A stretch of DNA of 64,000 bases, from the IMG/VR virus record IMGVR_UViG_3300011339_000564, positions 14,318-78,317 of that record. One strand, 5' to 3'. Below, one piece after another: positions 1 to 9,162 of the stretch; within the stretch, counting starts at the first letter, position 1, and each line of letters begins with the position of its first letter. A program made the position numbers and the translations under genes. Origin of the DNA: a virus. Its lineage: Duplodnaviria; Heunggongvirae; Uroviricota; Caudoviricetes. The notes below the pieces were generated by a model. The model was given only the letters and a program-made list of their open reading frames with translations. It was not told the origin of the DNA and did not search any database.

Positions 1-378
1 TTTGGAGCGTCAACGTCTGTCTTTGGAAGCGCACAAAACATTAACCAATCAACCGGAAATCAATCAGTACTCACGGGAGCCGCACCAACAAATGCCGCCA
101 GCGGAGCAGACGTATTAGTAGCAAATGATAACACAGATTGGATTAACAAAAAATGGCGTCCAGTTATGGGTTGGGTGTATATGTTAACTTGCACTATGGA
201 CTTTGTTGTATTCCCTATATTATGGAGTTTACTGCAAGCATTGAGTAAAGGTAGCGTTACTATGCAATGGCAACCATTAACATTACAAGGTGCTGGTCTT
301 TACCATATTGCTATGGGTGCAGTTCTTGGTATTGCGGCTTATGGGCGTACTAAAGAAAAGATTGAAGGTAAATCATAA
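1..378 (+). CDS. Partial CDS (5' end outside window) with a membrane-anchored C-terminus
   Basis: Frame 1 is open from nt 1 to the stop at 376-378; the track lists only the part from the internal ATG at 166. The C-terminus (WINKKWRPVMGWVYMLTCTMDFVVFPILW...) has two hydrophobic helices. Confidence 0.5.
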   Translation, partial: FGASTSVFGSAQNINQSTGNQSVLTGAAPTNAASGADVLVANDNTDWINKKWRPVMGWVYMLTCTMDFVVFPILWSLLQALSKGSVTMQWQPLTLQGAGLYHIAMGAVLGIAAYGRTKEKIEGKS

Positions 379-444
379 GTAACACTATGATAATAGATGA
401 AGTTGACCATTTGCGGTAATGGAACAATTAACTAGAAAACTAGT

Positions 445-473
445 TTGACAATTTTAATTGTATAGTATATAAT
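445..473 (+). promoter_or_regulatory. sigma70-type promoter TTGACA-17-TATAAT; leaderless transcript predicted
   Basis: TTGACA at 445-450 and TATAAT at 468-473. The ATG at 481 lies only 7 nt after the -10 element. Confidence 0.6.
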
Positions 474-480
474 ATATGTT

Positions 481-849
481 ATGCATATTTTGTCAACTCA
501 ATTAAAATTCACCAAAGAACAAATACTTGAATTTGGTAAAATAACCGGAGACTCGGGGCCTATACATAGCATTGATTTAATAGTACAAGGCGGATTAATT
601 ATAAGTTGTTTACCAAAAATTCTAAATGATATTATGACTAGAGATAATATTGATGAAGGTTATACTCATAGTGTTAGTATGATTTTAGAAGCAAAATTTA
701 GAAACAAATTGCCAGCCGATACATTAGTTACTGTTGATTTTATCCGCGAAGATACTACCAAATTAATTTCCAGATTTAGTTGGCGTGTATATAGTGTAGA
801 TACTGAATATTGTTTTGGTAAATGGGTAATTTACAAAGCTAAACGTTGA
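481..849 (+). CDS. MaoC-like hot-dog fold dehydratase/thioesterase domain protein
   Basis: FGKITGDSGPIHS...IVQGGLI matches the MaoC dehydratase pattern (F..sGD.nPiH....ivhG). 122 aa. Confidence 0.5.
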   Translation: MHILSTQLKFTKEQILEFGKITGDSGPIHSIDLIVQGGLIISCLPKILNDIMTRDNIDEGYTHSVSMILEAKFRNKLPADTLVTVDFIREDTTKLISRFSWRVYSVDTEYCFGKWVIYKAKR

Positions 850-857
850 CTTGATTA

Positions 858-1661
858 ATGGATCATTATGTAACTTTAGGGGTAAACAAAAATGCTACCC
901 CGGACGATATTAAAAAAGCATATCGCAAACTGGCAAGTAAACATCATCCCGATAAAGGGGGCGATACCGCAACGTTTCAACAAATTGAAGAAGCATATCG
1001 TATTCTCAGTGATCCACAACAACGTCAACAATATGACAATCCAATGCCACAAGGCTTTGGGCAGAATTTTAATTTTAACGGTGGACCTGATATCTTCCAA
1101 GACTTTATGAGTCAGGTGTTTAGGCAACAACATCAGCAACATCAACACCGCCAGAGACAAAAACCAGTATTTAGAACCACAGTAACTGTAACACTTGAAC
1201 AGTCATACAAAGGTGAAGAGCAAGTTATCAGACTACAAACACCTACACTTACACATGCGGCAAATATTCAAACTCCGAAAGGGGTTCATAATGGTGACCA
1301 AGTTAAATTTGATAATATCATACAAGAGGCAAGTCTTATTGTAGAGTTTAAAATTATACCACATTTAAAATATGATAGAAATGGAAATGACTTGTTATCA
1401 AATCACCCGATATCAATATTAGATTTAATTACAGGGACATCGTTTGAGTTTACTACTATTTCAGGTAAAACATTTGAAGTTACAGTTAAACCTAAAACGC
1501 AACCATTTATACAATTAAAAATTACAGGACAAGGTATGCCCATACATGGAACCAATCAGTTTGGCGACCAAATAATCTTGTTAAAACCCTATATACCTGA
1601 TATAATTGACGAATCAATTATTAACAGCATTCTACAATCTAAAAATAAGGAATCAATATGA
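858..1661 (+). CDS. J-domain co-chaperone (DnaJ/CbpA-like, no zinc finger)
   Basis: J-domain with HPD motif ([15 protein letters not shown]...QQRQQYD) and a DnaJ C-terminal beta-sandwich region. There is no Cys-rich zinc finger. Confidence 0.9.
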   Translation: MDHYVTLGVNKNATPDDIKKAYRKLASKHHPDKGGDTATFQQIEEAYRILSDPQQRQQYDNPMPQGFGQNFNFNGGPDIFQDFMSQVFRQQHQQHQHRQRQKPVFRTTVTVTLEQSYKGEEQVIRLQTPTLTHAANIQTPKGVHNGDQVKFDNIIQEASLIVEFKIIPHLKYDRNGNDLLSNHPISILDLITGTSFEFTTISGKTFEVTVKPKTQPFIQLKITGQGMPIHGTNQFGDQIILLKPYIPDIIDESIINSILQSKNKESI

Positions 1662-3919
1662 CAAATTCTCCGGAAATAGAAAACATTATCGAACAATCGA
1701 TTGAGTATGCCAAACAACGTAAACATCAATATGTTACAGTTGAACACTTACTTCTTGCATTAATTAATCATCCATCTTTTACTAAATGCGTAGTTGGCTT
1801 TGGCATAGATGTTGAGTCAATGTCACACGAAATCACTGGTTATTTAGATAGCTTACACGCTATTGTTTATACTGAAACTGAAGTAGTTCCACGCAAAACA
1901 AGTAGTTTAGAACGGGTTATGAATCGTTCTGTCACTCAGGTTCTATTCACCGGACGTAGACAAGTTACTACTATTGATTTGTATCTAAGTATTGCAAGTG
2001 AAGGTAACAGTCACGCACATTATTTCATGCTCAAATACGGTATGCAAAAGAATGAGTTTGTTGCGTACTGGCAAAAACACTATAAGAATGAAGGCGCCGG
2101 CAATCTTACTGAAAATCAAGCAGATGAAATTCTTGAAGAATATACTATTAACCTAAGTGAACTTGCTAGTCAAGGTAAACTTGAACCATTGATTGGTCGT
2201 GCAAAAGAACTTGATGATATTATCAATGTGCTTGCTAAACGATTTAAATCAAATGTATTGATGGTGGGTGATCCGGGTGTAGGTAAAACTGCTATTGCCG
2301 AAGGTCTTGCACAAATGATGCACGACAAACAAGTGCCTGAATTTTTAGAAGGTCATCAACTATATTCATTAGAAGTTGGTTCATTACTTGCCGGCAGCAA
2401 ATATCGCGGGGACTTTGAAGAAAAAGTCAAAGCCATTATCGATGCATTGAATACTAAAAAGAAAGCTATTTTATTCATTGACGAAGCACATACTATGCAA
2501 GGTGCAGGTTCAAGCTCCAATGGTAGTGTTGACTTTGCTAATATGATTAAACCAGCAATTACTAAAGGCACATTGAAAGTTATTGCTAGTACTACTTGGG
2601 AAGAATACTACGAAAGTTTTGAGAAGGATCGTGCATTAATGCGTAGATTCTATCGTGTCTCAATTGATGAACCAAGCAACGAATCTACTGTTCGAATTCT
2701 TTCTGGACTAAGCACACGATTGAATGACTTTCATAGTGTTGAAATTCAAGAAGATGCAATTAAAGCATCAGTTGAAATGTCAACACGATACATTCACGAC
2801 CGAAAAAATCCTGATAAAAGTATTGACTTATTGGATGCGGCTTGTGCTAAACAACGTGTTGCAGGTAATAAAGGTGCACATATTACTAAAGACTTAGTGT
2901 TTGACCAAGTAGAGAAGTTTACGGGAGTTCCTGCAGATAAGATGAAGGGTGATAATTTTGACCTTATCAATAACCTTGAGATTAATATCAAAGGTAAATT
3001 ATATGGTCAAGATGAAACCGTTCAGCAAGTGTTAGAACGTATCTATGTTAACTTTGCTGGTATCGGTAATGATACTAAACCAACAGGTAGTTTCTTGTTT
3101 TTAGGCCCAACAGGTACAGGTAAAACAGAATTGGCTAAGTTGTTAAGTAAGAACCTTGACATGCCATTGCTCAAATATGATATGAGTGAATACGGAGAAA
3201 AACATTCAGTATCTAGTTTGATCGGTCCGCCCCCTGGTTATGTTGGCTTCGGTGACAGTCAAGTCGGTGGTGGCCGTTTAATCAACGACTTAAGTAAGAA
3301 CCCACATGCTATCATGTTGTTTGATGAAGTTGAAAAAGCACACCCTGATATATTTAACATCTTCTTACAGATGTTAGACGAAGGTACTATTACAGGAAGT
3401 AATGGTAAGAAGGTTAACTGTAAGAATGCTATTATCATTATGACTAGTAACTTAGGTAGTGCCGATGGTGAGCGCAATAACATTGGTTTTGGATCACAAG
3501 ACAAGCAAGGAGAAGATGATAAAGCATTGAAAGAATTCTTTAAGCCAGAATTCAGAAATCGTGTTGATTTGATTTGCAAGTTTAACAAACTTGATAGCTT
3601 GGCTATTAAGAAAATTGTTATTAAGTTTACTGAAGATTTGAAAAAATCATTAATTGAAAAACACAATATCAATTTAGTATTGACAGAACCAGTAGTTGAG
3701 TATCTAGCTGAACAAGGGTATGACAAGAAAATGGGTGCTAGACCACTAGCACGTAAGATTGACGAATTGATTCGTGTACCACTGAGTAAAAAAGTATTGT
3801 TTGAACGCATTAAAAATGCTACTATTACTGCCAACATTGTTGGTGACACTATTGATTTTGCAGTGACACACAAATTAACAGCTAAGGTGAATGACGATGG
3901 CATTATTGAGGTCAGTTGA
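1658..3919 (+). CDS. clpA: ClpA-like AAA+ unfoldase
   Basis: Clp N-domain and two AAA+ modules (Walker A GDPGVGKT and GPTGTGKT). 753 aa with no ClpB middle domain. [11 protein letters not shown] aligns with the ClpA IGL ClpP-docking loop. ATGA overlap with the upstream J-domain gene. Confidence 0.85.
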   Translation: MTNSPEIENIIEQSIEYAKQRKHQYVTVEHLLLALINHPSFTKCVVGFGIDVESMSHEITGYLDSLHAIVYTETEVVPRKTSSLERVMNRSVTQVLFTGRRQVTTIDLYLSIASEGNSHAHYFMLKYGMQKNEFVAYWQKHYKNEGAGNLTENQADEILEEYTINLSELASQGKLEPLIGRAKELDDIINVLAKRFKSNVLMVGDPGVGKTAIAEGLAQMMHDKQVPEFLEGHQLYSLEVGSLLAGSKYRGDFEEKVKAIIDALNTKKKAILFIDEAHTMQGAGSSSNGSVDFANMIKPAITKGTLKVIASTTWEEYYESFEKDRALMRRFYRVSIDEPSNESTVRILSGLSTRLNDFHSVEIQEDAIKASVEMSTRYIHDRKNPDKSIDLLDAACAKQRVAGNKGAHITKDLVFDQVEKFTGVPADKMKGDNFDLINNLEINIKGKLYGQDETVQQVLERIYVNFAGIGNDTKPTGSFLFLGPTGTGKTELAKLLSKNLDMPLLKYDMSEYGEKHSVSSLIGPPPGYVGFGDSQVGGGRLINDLSKNPHAIMLFDEVEKAHPDIFNIFLQMLDEGTITGSNGKKVNCKNAIIIMTSNLGSADGERNNIGFGSQDKQGEDDKALKEFFKPEFRNRVDLICKFNKLDSLAIKKIVIKFTEDLKKSLIEKHNINLVLTEPVVEYLAEQGYDKKMGARPLARKIDELIRVPLSKKVLFERIKNATITANIVGDTIDFAVTHKLTAKVNDDGIIEVS

Positions 3920-4631
3920 AAATATACCCGGTGTTAATTTTTATGAACATCGGGATCAGCTTTATTATAACAAATATGAATATAGAGCTAGATTTTATCT
4001 AGTGGGAGTTCGGTATACATGGTATATCAAAGATAATATTCAGGAACTAGTTGACAAATTAAATGGCCCTGCAATAGGCTACAGCTACAGTTACATAAAT
4101 GGAGAAACCAATAGAGATGAGATTAAAGAAAATATTCCTAAATTAAAGAAATTTTTACACTGGCGTAACGAAATTAAAAAGAAGAAAAATTCTACTATAA
4201 GAGTTGAGCATAATACTGTTGCGGTGTTCAGTAATGATTTACAAGAATTACACGACATTACAAATATTATTCCTGATATTGAAATAGATATCACACAAGC
4301 ACAAACATCTAATTTTGTTGGGGTTAGGTATTTTGTGCGTAAACCAAAACATAGTTATAGAGTTTATTTAAAATCTAGGCGTATTGAGGGTTCATTTGCT
4401 AAGGATTTACATGAATTGTTTAAAAAGAACAAAAAGTTGTATCCATGCAATTCGCTTAAACATTGGGCTAAGGGTAGTGCAAGCAATACTAATATGTGGA
4501 GGTATCGTTTTAGTAGTGCTACTCACTTTATTGACTATGATGATGAGAGCACCTTAAGCTATCTAGCAATATTGCACGGAGATATGCTTGGAAAACGCTA
4601 TAAATTAGAAAAACGTCCTGATCCTATCTAA
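3891..4631 (+). CDS. Hypothetical protein
   Basis: 246-aa ORF in the same-strand operon, overlapping the clpA-like 3' end. No motif recognised. Confidence 0.55.
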   Translation: MTMALLRSVENIPGVNFYEHRDQLYYNKYEYRARFYLVGVRYTWYIKDNIQELVDKLNGPAIGYSYSYINGETNRDEIKENIPKLKKFLHWRNEIKKKKNSTIRVEHNTVAVFSNDLQELHDITNIIPDIEIDITQAQTSNFVGVRYFVRKPKHSYRVYLKSRRIEGSFAKDLHELFKKNKKLYPCNSLKHWAKGSASNTNMWRYRFSSATHFIDYDDESTLSYLAILHGDMLGKRYKLEKRPDPI

Positions 4632-4633
4632 AA

Positions 4634-4642
4634 TGATAAATA
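4634..4642 (+). promoter_or_regulatory. TGATAAATA motif (candidate T4-late-type promoter element)
   Basis: Exact 9-mer in the intergenic region 25 nt upstream of the ATG at 4667. T4 late promoters have the consensus TATAAATA. Confidence 0.3.
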
Positions 4643-4666
4643 CTCTAATAAAATGGAGTATTTACC

Positions 4667-4831
4667 ATGGCAAAGATTGTCGAAGATGTATTAGTCATCA
4701 AATTCAGTAAAATCGTTAAGGACAGCGAAGAAGGTTCTCCTATCGCTGGTTCTGATGTTCAAGCCGCATTAGAGCAAGTAGCACAGGAACTAGTTGGTTC
4801 GGGTGTTGTTGTTGAGGTTGTTCAAGCATGA
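4667..4831 (+). CDS. Small hypothetical protein (54 aa, below the track cutoff)
   Basis: ATG at 4667 preceded by GGAG. Translation MAKIVEDVLVIKFSKIV...VVEVVQA. The stop overlaps the ATG at 4828 (ATGA). Confidence 0.45.
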   Translation: MAKIVEDVLVIKFSKIVKDSEEGSPIAGSDVQAALEQVAQELVGSGVVVEVVQA

Positions 4832-5202
4832 GCCAAACTACAACATTAATACTGTTGCCGCAAACTACATACCAGAATCCAGGTAACGGAGCACCTTACA
4901 CAGTTGTAGGGAACGCTCAACCAGCCGCTGCCTACTATCTAGGTAACAGAGACTTGCAAACAGTTAATCTTAGTTTAACTAACATGACAGGTAATATTGT
5001 AATTCAAGCTACACTATCAAATCCAGCAACACTTGATAGTCAATGGTTTGATGTATATGAATTAGATGCAAATGCTAATTCATCCGGCGATAACTCAAAC
5101 GCACAAACATATACAAATATAACAGGTAACTTTGTTTATATGAGAGCAAAGATTGTAGACTTCCAAGCTGGAGGCGTTAATTTTGTTAAGCTAAGTTATT
5201 AA
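4828..5202 (+). CDS. Hypothetical protein (possible virion protein)
   Basis: 124-aa ORF, translationally coupled. Rich in Asn/Thr/Gln with a beta-rich appearance. Confidence 0.55.
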   Translation: MSQTTTLILLPQTTYQNPGNGAPYTVVGNAQPAAAYYLGNRDLQTVNLSLTNMTGNIVIQATLSNPATLDSQWFDVYELDANANSSGDNSNAQTYTNITGNFVYMRAKIVDFQAGGVNFVKLSY

Positions 5203-5203
5203 T

Positions 5204-6487
5204 ATGAAACAAATTGTCATTATGCCGGGAGGCTTTCATCCATTTCATGCAGGGCACGCCGCACTATATCAAAGTGCAGTGAAAGCATTTCCGAGTGCAG
5301 AAGTATATGTTGCCGCTACCAATGACACAAAAACAAGACCTTTCCCCTTTAATATCAAAGAAAAACTAGCAAAACTTGCTGGCGTAGCTCCTGGACATTT
5401 TGTACAAGTTAAAAGTCCTTTTAAAGCAGAAGAAATCACAAGTCAATATAATCCAGAAGAAGATGTATTAATTTTTGTGCGTAGTGAAAAAGATAGAACA
5501 GAACAACCTAAACCAGGTGGCACAAAGAAAGATGGTACACCTGCTTACTTTCAACCATGGACCGGTAAGAATTTACAGCCATTCAGTAAACATGCTTACA
5601 TTGCTTACTTACCAACTGTAGAGTTTGGACCTGGAATTCAGAGTGCGACTGAGATTCGCAACATGTGGCCTAAACTAAACGATAAGCGCAAGACTGCATT
5701 GGTTATGAGTTTATATCCGATAACACAGACAAATCCTAAACTTGCCGCTAACGTTGTTAAGATGTTAGATATAGGCATGGGTGAACGACAAGGTGTGGCG
5801 GAGGATAAAGAATCCGATCCAGTCACAAGTGCTGTATTAAATTTCTATAAGCCAGTAATAAATGATATCCACAAAGAAAAACTACCAGACTATGTTGACC
5901 AAGCTCGTGGATTGTTACAGAAAACAAATGATCCTGATATTCGTAGTAAATTAGTTGATATCTTTAAAAAGGGTAAAGAAAATCCATATATTCAAGGTGG
6001 CATTGTTACTACCGTTGGTGCAGTATTAGCCGGTGGTATATTAACTACAGCACAGAAGATGGGACTAAGCCCTGCACAAACTAACTTAGCATTACAAGCA
6101 ATATTGAATACAGTTATTCCTACAGTTGTTTCACGTATCAATGGTAAAAACTGGAGTGATACAATTAAGTATACATTAGCAAGTGCAGGTATAGGTACAG
6201 GTATTGCCGGCGCAAGTTTAGTAGAAAACGATCCTTGGGGAGATCAAGGTAACTTTGCAGGTGATCGACACGTTGATATTGGTGGAATTTTTACTAGACC
6301 TAAATTAGGTGTAGGTGATATGGTTAAAGTAAATGCAGGTCATTTCAAAGGCATCGGAGAGATATCAGAAATTAAAGGTGACCGTGCAGAAGTTTGGATG
6401 GACAGCTATGCTAAATCCTTCATGTTTGATTTATCTGACCTAGTAAAGTATATACCCGAATCCATAGATTACTTAGAAGAAAAATAA
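5204..6487 (+). CDS. HxGH nucleotidyltransferase domain fused to a Gly/Ala-rich hydrophobic region and a KOW-like C-terminus
   Basis: N-terminal MPGGFHPFHAGH (cytidylyl/adenylyltransferase HxGH signature), a central QGVAED motif, hydrophobic G/A-rich segments, and C-terminal VGDMVKVNAGHFKGIGEISEIKGDRAEV. Confidence 0.6.
   Translation: MKQIVIMPGGFHPFHAGHAALYQSAVKAFPSAEVYVAATNDTKTRPFPFNIKEKLAKLAGVAPGHFVQVKSPFKAEEITSQYNPEEDVLIFVRSEKDRTEQPKPGGTKKDGTPAYFQPWTGKNLQPFSKHAYIAYLPTVEFGPGIQSATEIRNMWPKLNDKRKTALVMSLYPITQTNPKLAANVVKMLDIGMGERQGVAEDKESDPVTSAVLNFYKPVINDIHKEKLPDYVDQARGLLQKTNDPDIRSKLVDIFKKGKENPYIQGGIVTTVGAVLAGGILTTAQKMGLSPAQTNLALQAILNTVIPTVVSRINGKNWSDTIKYTLASAGIGTGIAGASLVENDPWGDQGNFAGDRHVDIGGIFTRPKLGVGDMVKVNAGHFKGIGEISEIKGDRAEVWMDSYAKSFMFDLSDLVKYIPESIDYLEEK
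5789..5805 (+). repeat. Copy of the dispersed GC-rich motif CAAGGTGTGGCGGA(G/A)G (encodes QGVAE)
   Basis: CAAGGTGTGGCGGAGGA; one of six copies in the window. Confidence 0.8.
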
Positions 6488-6538
6488 TTTGACCCCCTCG
6501 ATAGAGTGTAAATATCTTTATCTTAACAAGAGGACCAA

Positions 6539-7435
6539 ATGGCAACTAAGAAAACCAAAAAAACTGAAGAAAAAACTGTACCCGTAGAAAAGGTACAGGA
6601 AATCGCTGAACAAGCGGCACAAGAACAGCAACAAGCCCCGCAACAGGGTCAAGTTCAAGTTAATGTTGACTTTCTAAAAACTACCCGTGTGCACATTGCT
6701 ATGCCATGTTACGGTGGTATGTTGACAGAATCAACATTTATGTCATTCATCAAGTGGGCTAACACAGCCCGTCAACTTGGTATTGACTGGACATTAGAAA
6801 CAATGGTTAACGAATCATTGATTAGCCGAGCACGTAATACACTAACTGCAAAGTTCTTGGACATGCCAGACGCTACTCACTTGTTCTTTGTTGACGCTGA
6901 CATTGGCTGGGAACCCTGGCATCTATTAGTTCTATTGAACCGTGATGTTGATGTTATTGGTGGACTATATCCAATGAAGACTATGCCTATTAAATGGGTA
7001 GTTAATGGTTTTGAAGGTGCAGAAGAAGGCACTGATGGCCTACAGGAAGTATCTAAAGCAGGTACCGGTTTCTTACTAATGAAGAAGCATGTATTTGACA
7101 AATTGAAGTCTCATCCTGCAGTTAAGCAGTATAAGAACGACATTGGTTTAGATCCAAGATTTGACCAACACTTAAAGACTTACTTTGATACAGCAGTTCG
7201 TCAGAATCGTTACTACAGTGAAGACTGGACATTCTGTGAAAACTGGCGTGATATAGGTGGTAAGATTTGGGTTGACAAGCGTGTACTATTACGTCACAGC
7301 GGCTCATATGTTTTCTGCCAAGAGAACCAAGAACACTTGATGAAGACTATTGGACCCATGTACGTAGACCAATTGACTCAACAAGGTATTAAGCTAGTTG
7401 ACAAAGACGGCAACGAAGCTAAAATCAACAAATAA
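6539..7435 (+). CDS. GT-A fold (GT2-like) glycosyltransferase, putative
   Basis: IAMPCYGG..., SRARN, a FFVDADIGW DxD-like motif, and YSEDWTFCENW...HSG. Confidence 0.5.
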   Translation: MATKKTKKTEEKTVPVEKVQEIAEQAAQEQQQAPQQGQVQVNVDFLKTTRVHIAMPCYGGMLTESTFMSFIKWANTARQLGIDWTLETMVNESLISRARNTLTAKFLDMPDATHLFFVDADIGWEPWHLLVLLNRDVDVIGGLYPMKTMPIKWVVNGFEGAEEGTDGLQEVSKAGTGFLLMKKHVFDKLKSHPAVKQYKNDIGLDPRFDQHLKTYFDTAVRQNRYYSEDWTFCENWRDIGGKIWVDKRVLLRHSGSYVFCQENQEHLMKTIGPMYVDQLTQQGIKLVDKDGNEAKINK

Positions 7436-7438
7436 AAC

Positions 7439-7466
7439 AAAGCCCCGAAAGGGGCTTTTGTTTGAT
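7439..7466 (+). terminator. Rho-independent terminator
   Basis: AAAGCCCC-GAAA-GGGGCTTT hairpin followed by TTTTGTTT, 4 nt after the stop at 7433-7435. Confidence 0.8.
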
Positions 7467-7471
7467 AAATA
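7463..7471 (+). promoter_or_regulatory. TGATAAATA motif (candidate late promoter element)
   Basis: Exact 9-mer just upstream of the ATG at 7476. Confidence 0.3.
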
Positions 7472-7475
7472 CACT

Positions 7476-8792
7476 ATGAATTTAAAAGAACTTGATTCCT
7501 TTCGCATCTCTGACGCTATTAGTTTCCATGACAAATTGAACCCTAAGTTATGGAATAATACACGGTTGCGTCCTGAAGTAAAACAACAACTATTAATAAT
7601 AGCAGAAGATTTTTTAGAAGAATTAGGTATTAGTGGATTAGATGTAATAGACATGACTGTATCTGGTTCTAATGCCGCATTTAGTTATACACCCAACAGC
7701 GACCTAGACTTACACATATTAGTTGATATGAGTAAGTTGCCAAATGATGAAGTTTACAGAGAATTATTTACAGCAAAAAAATCATTATACAATGACAGCC
7801 ACGACATAAAAATACACGGGATACCAGTAGAGTTATATGTACAAGACGCCAGAGAACCAGTCGTAAGTCTAGGTGAGTACAGTCTCACAAATGATAACTG
7901 GCTTAAAATCCCATCAAAACGCAGAGCCAATTTTGACCAAACCGCCACCAAGACGAAATATGAAAAGTTATTAACATTAATAGAGCTAGCCCTCAAATCT
8001 AGAAAATACAGTAAAGTAAGTAACATAGCTAAAACAATTAAAAGATATAGACAATCAGGATTAGATAAGGGTGGCGAGTTTGGTCCTGAAAATCTAGCAT
8101 ACAAAGCATTAAGAGCACAGGGTTACATTACTAAGTTATACGATTTGCGTGACAAGTTACATAGTGAGAAGTTAACTATTGAAACGATGTACCAGCCCAT
8201 AAACGATGACTATGATCCAAATGGTCCTCCTCCAGGTCCCGAGTTTAAACCAACTATGCCTAAAGGTACTGTTAAAGTAGACGTAAGTGATGTATATGAT
8301 TGGTATAAGTTAGGACAACATATTAGTAATCTTAAGGGTCTAGGTAAGCACGACTTTGGTAGTGGACCTCCTAGTACTATTTTTTCATTTGGTGATGAAG
8401 ATACAGAACACCAGTACATTAAAGATTTAGAGAAGACCGGATTAACGACAACTGATATTGATCCAGTTGATCCCAAGCAACCCAAGGGTATGAAGCGTCA
8501 GAAAGTTGATCCTACATATAACGTCAATGAATACAACACTATGCAATTTGCGGCTGAAAAAACACCAGCAACAAACCCATATGGTGGTCTTAAAGATAAT
8601 CAATTTCGAGGAAGTATGTCAGAAGCAAGTGGATATATACCTTCAGAAAAACAAAAAAATGATCCTCGTTTTAGTACAGCATTGACAGTGGATGTTCATC
8701 CTGATTCAATCAAAAAGAACGCAAAAGCATTTGGATGGCTCACTAGCAGAGCCGGAATCCCTCCTACAGCGAAAGCAAACGGCAAAATCTGA
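7476..8792 (+). CDS. Pol-beta superfamily nucleotidyltransferase domain protein with a CTS-like N-terminus and a disordered C-terminal half
   Basis: The start was moved from 7398 to the ATG at 7476 because the longer ORF runs through the terminator. VSGSNAAFSYTPNSDLDLHILVD matches the GS...DxD NTase signature. N-terminus is MNLKELDSF. Confidence 0.55.
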   Translation: MNLKELDSFRISDAISFHDKLNPKLWNNTRLRPEVKQQLLIIAEDFLEELGISGLDVIDMTVSGSNAAFSYTPNSDLDLHILVDMSKLPNDEVYRELFTAKKSLYNDSHDIKIHGIPVELYVQDAREPVVSLGEYSLTNDNWLKIPSKRRANFDQTATKTKYEKLLTLIELALKSRKYSKVSNIAKTIKRYRQSGLDKGGEFGPENLAYKALRAQGYITKLYDLRDKLHSEKLTIETMYQPINDDYDPNGPPPGPEFKPTMPKGTVKVDVSDVYDWYKLGQHISNLKGLGKHDFGSGPPSTIFSFGDEDTEHQYIKDLEKTGLTTTDIDPVDPKQPKGMKRQKVDPTYNVNEYNTMQFAAEKTPATNPYGGLKDNQFRGSMSEASGYIPSEKQKNDPRFSTALTVDVHPDSIKKNAKAFGWLTSRAGIPPTAKANGKI

Positions 8793-8841
8793 TGGTAAAA
8801 AATTCTCTTTTGACTAAATATAAGTATCAAGGGAATTTTCT

Positions 8842-9087
8842 ATGCCAATTGCGAATAGCTATAATAATACACCAAACGTAGTTTTAGGTCCTCCAACTAG
8901 TTCTCCACCTACAGTTGATCCGGGCGCGGCTACAGGAACTAACCCAATAGTTAGAAGACCAACTCCTACAATATCATCTAATACTGAAGTAGCAAGTAAT
9001 GCTATTCCTGAAGCAGTTCCTACTCCGACTGTTAATCTTCCCACCGCAACTAACACAACAATATTGAAGTTGTGGAAAACAGCATAA
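8842..9087 (+). CDS. Hypothetical Pro/Thr-rich protein
   Basis: 81-aa ORF on the + strand with AAGGGA upstream. An antisense ORF (8859-9233) shares the same wobble positions, so the strand is not certain. Confidence 0.35.
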   Translation: MPIANSYNNTPNVVLGPPTSSPPTVDPGAATGTNPIVRRPTPTISSNTEVASNAIPEAVPTPTVNLPTATNTTILKLWKTA

Positions 9088-9130
9088 TAAACTAACAAGT
9101 TTGGTGGAATTCCTTGTCTATATAGATTTT

Positions 9131-9139
9131 TGATAAATA
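9131..9139 (+). promoter_or_regulatory. TGATAAATA motif (candidate late promoter element)
   Basis: Exact 9-mer 23 nt upstream of the ATG at 9163, flanked by two GGAATTCC palindromes (9105-9112 and 9152-9159). Confidence 0.3.
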
Positions 9140-9162
9140 CTATATAATATTGGAATTCCATC

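Noticed and set aside
3259-3903. Long antisense ORFs in the track, for example 3259-3903(-), 876-1160(-), 11215-11619(-), 12154-12738(-), 58289-58786(-), 60142-60609(-) and 53970-54242(-).
   Set aside because: Each lies entirely inside a well-supported sense-strand gene (clpA-like, dnaJ-like, the giant protein, family members, the repeat protein). Their products are low-complexity or Leu/Ser/Cys-rich with no motifs, and they lack RBS or promoter context. They are typical shadow ORFs.
7398-7475. N-terminal extensions of track ORFs: 7398 versus 7476, 9842 versus 9944, 16758 versus 16788, 45682 versus 45721, 53830 versus 53917, 58112 versus 58175, 55454 versus 55499, and 20549 versus 20567.
   Set aside because: The extensions run through a terminator hairpin (7439-7466, 55456-55480) or a promoter (45663-45691, 58112-58140, 20552-20560). 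Others overlap the upstream gene, use TTG or GTG codons, or disrupt an obvious signal peptide. Downstream ATGs with RBS or overlap coupling fit better.
9105-9159. A pair of GGAATTCC palindromes (9105-9112 and 9152-9159) flanking the TGATAAATA and TATAAT-like sequence, considered as an operator or hairpin.
   Set aside because: There are only two 8-bp EcoRI-type palindromes separated by a 39-nt AT-rich spacer. This could be chance in an intergenic region and is too little evidence for a regulatory call.
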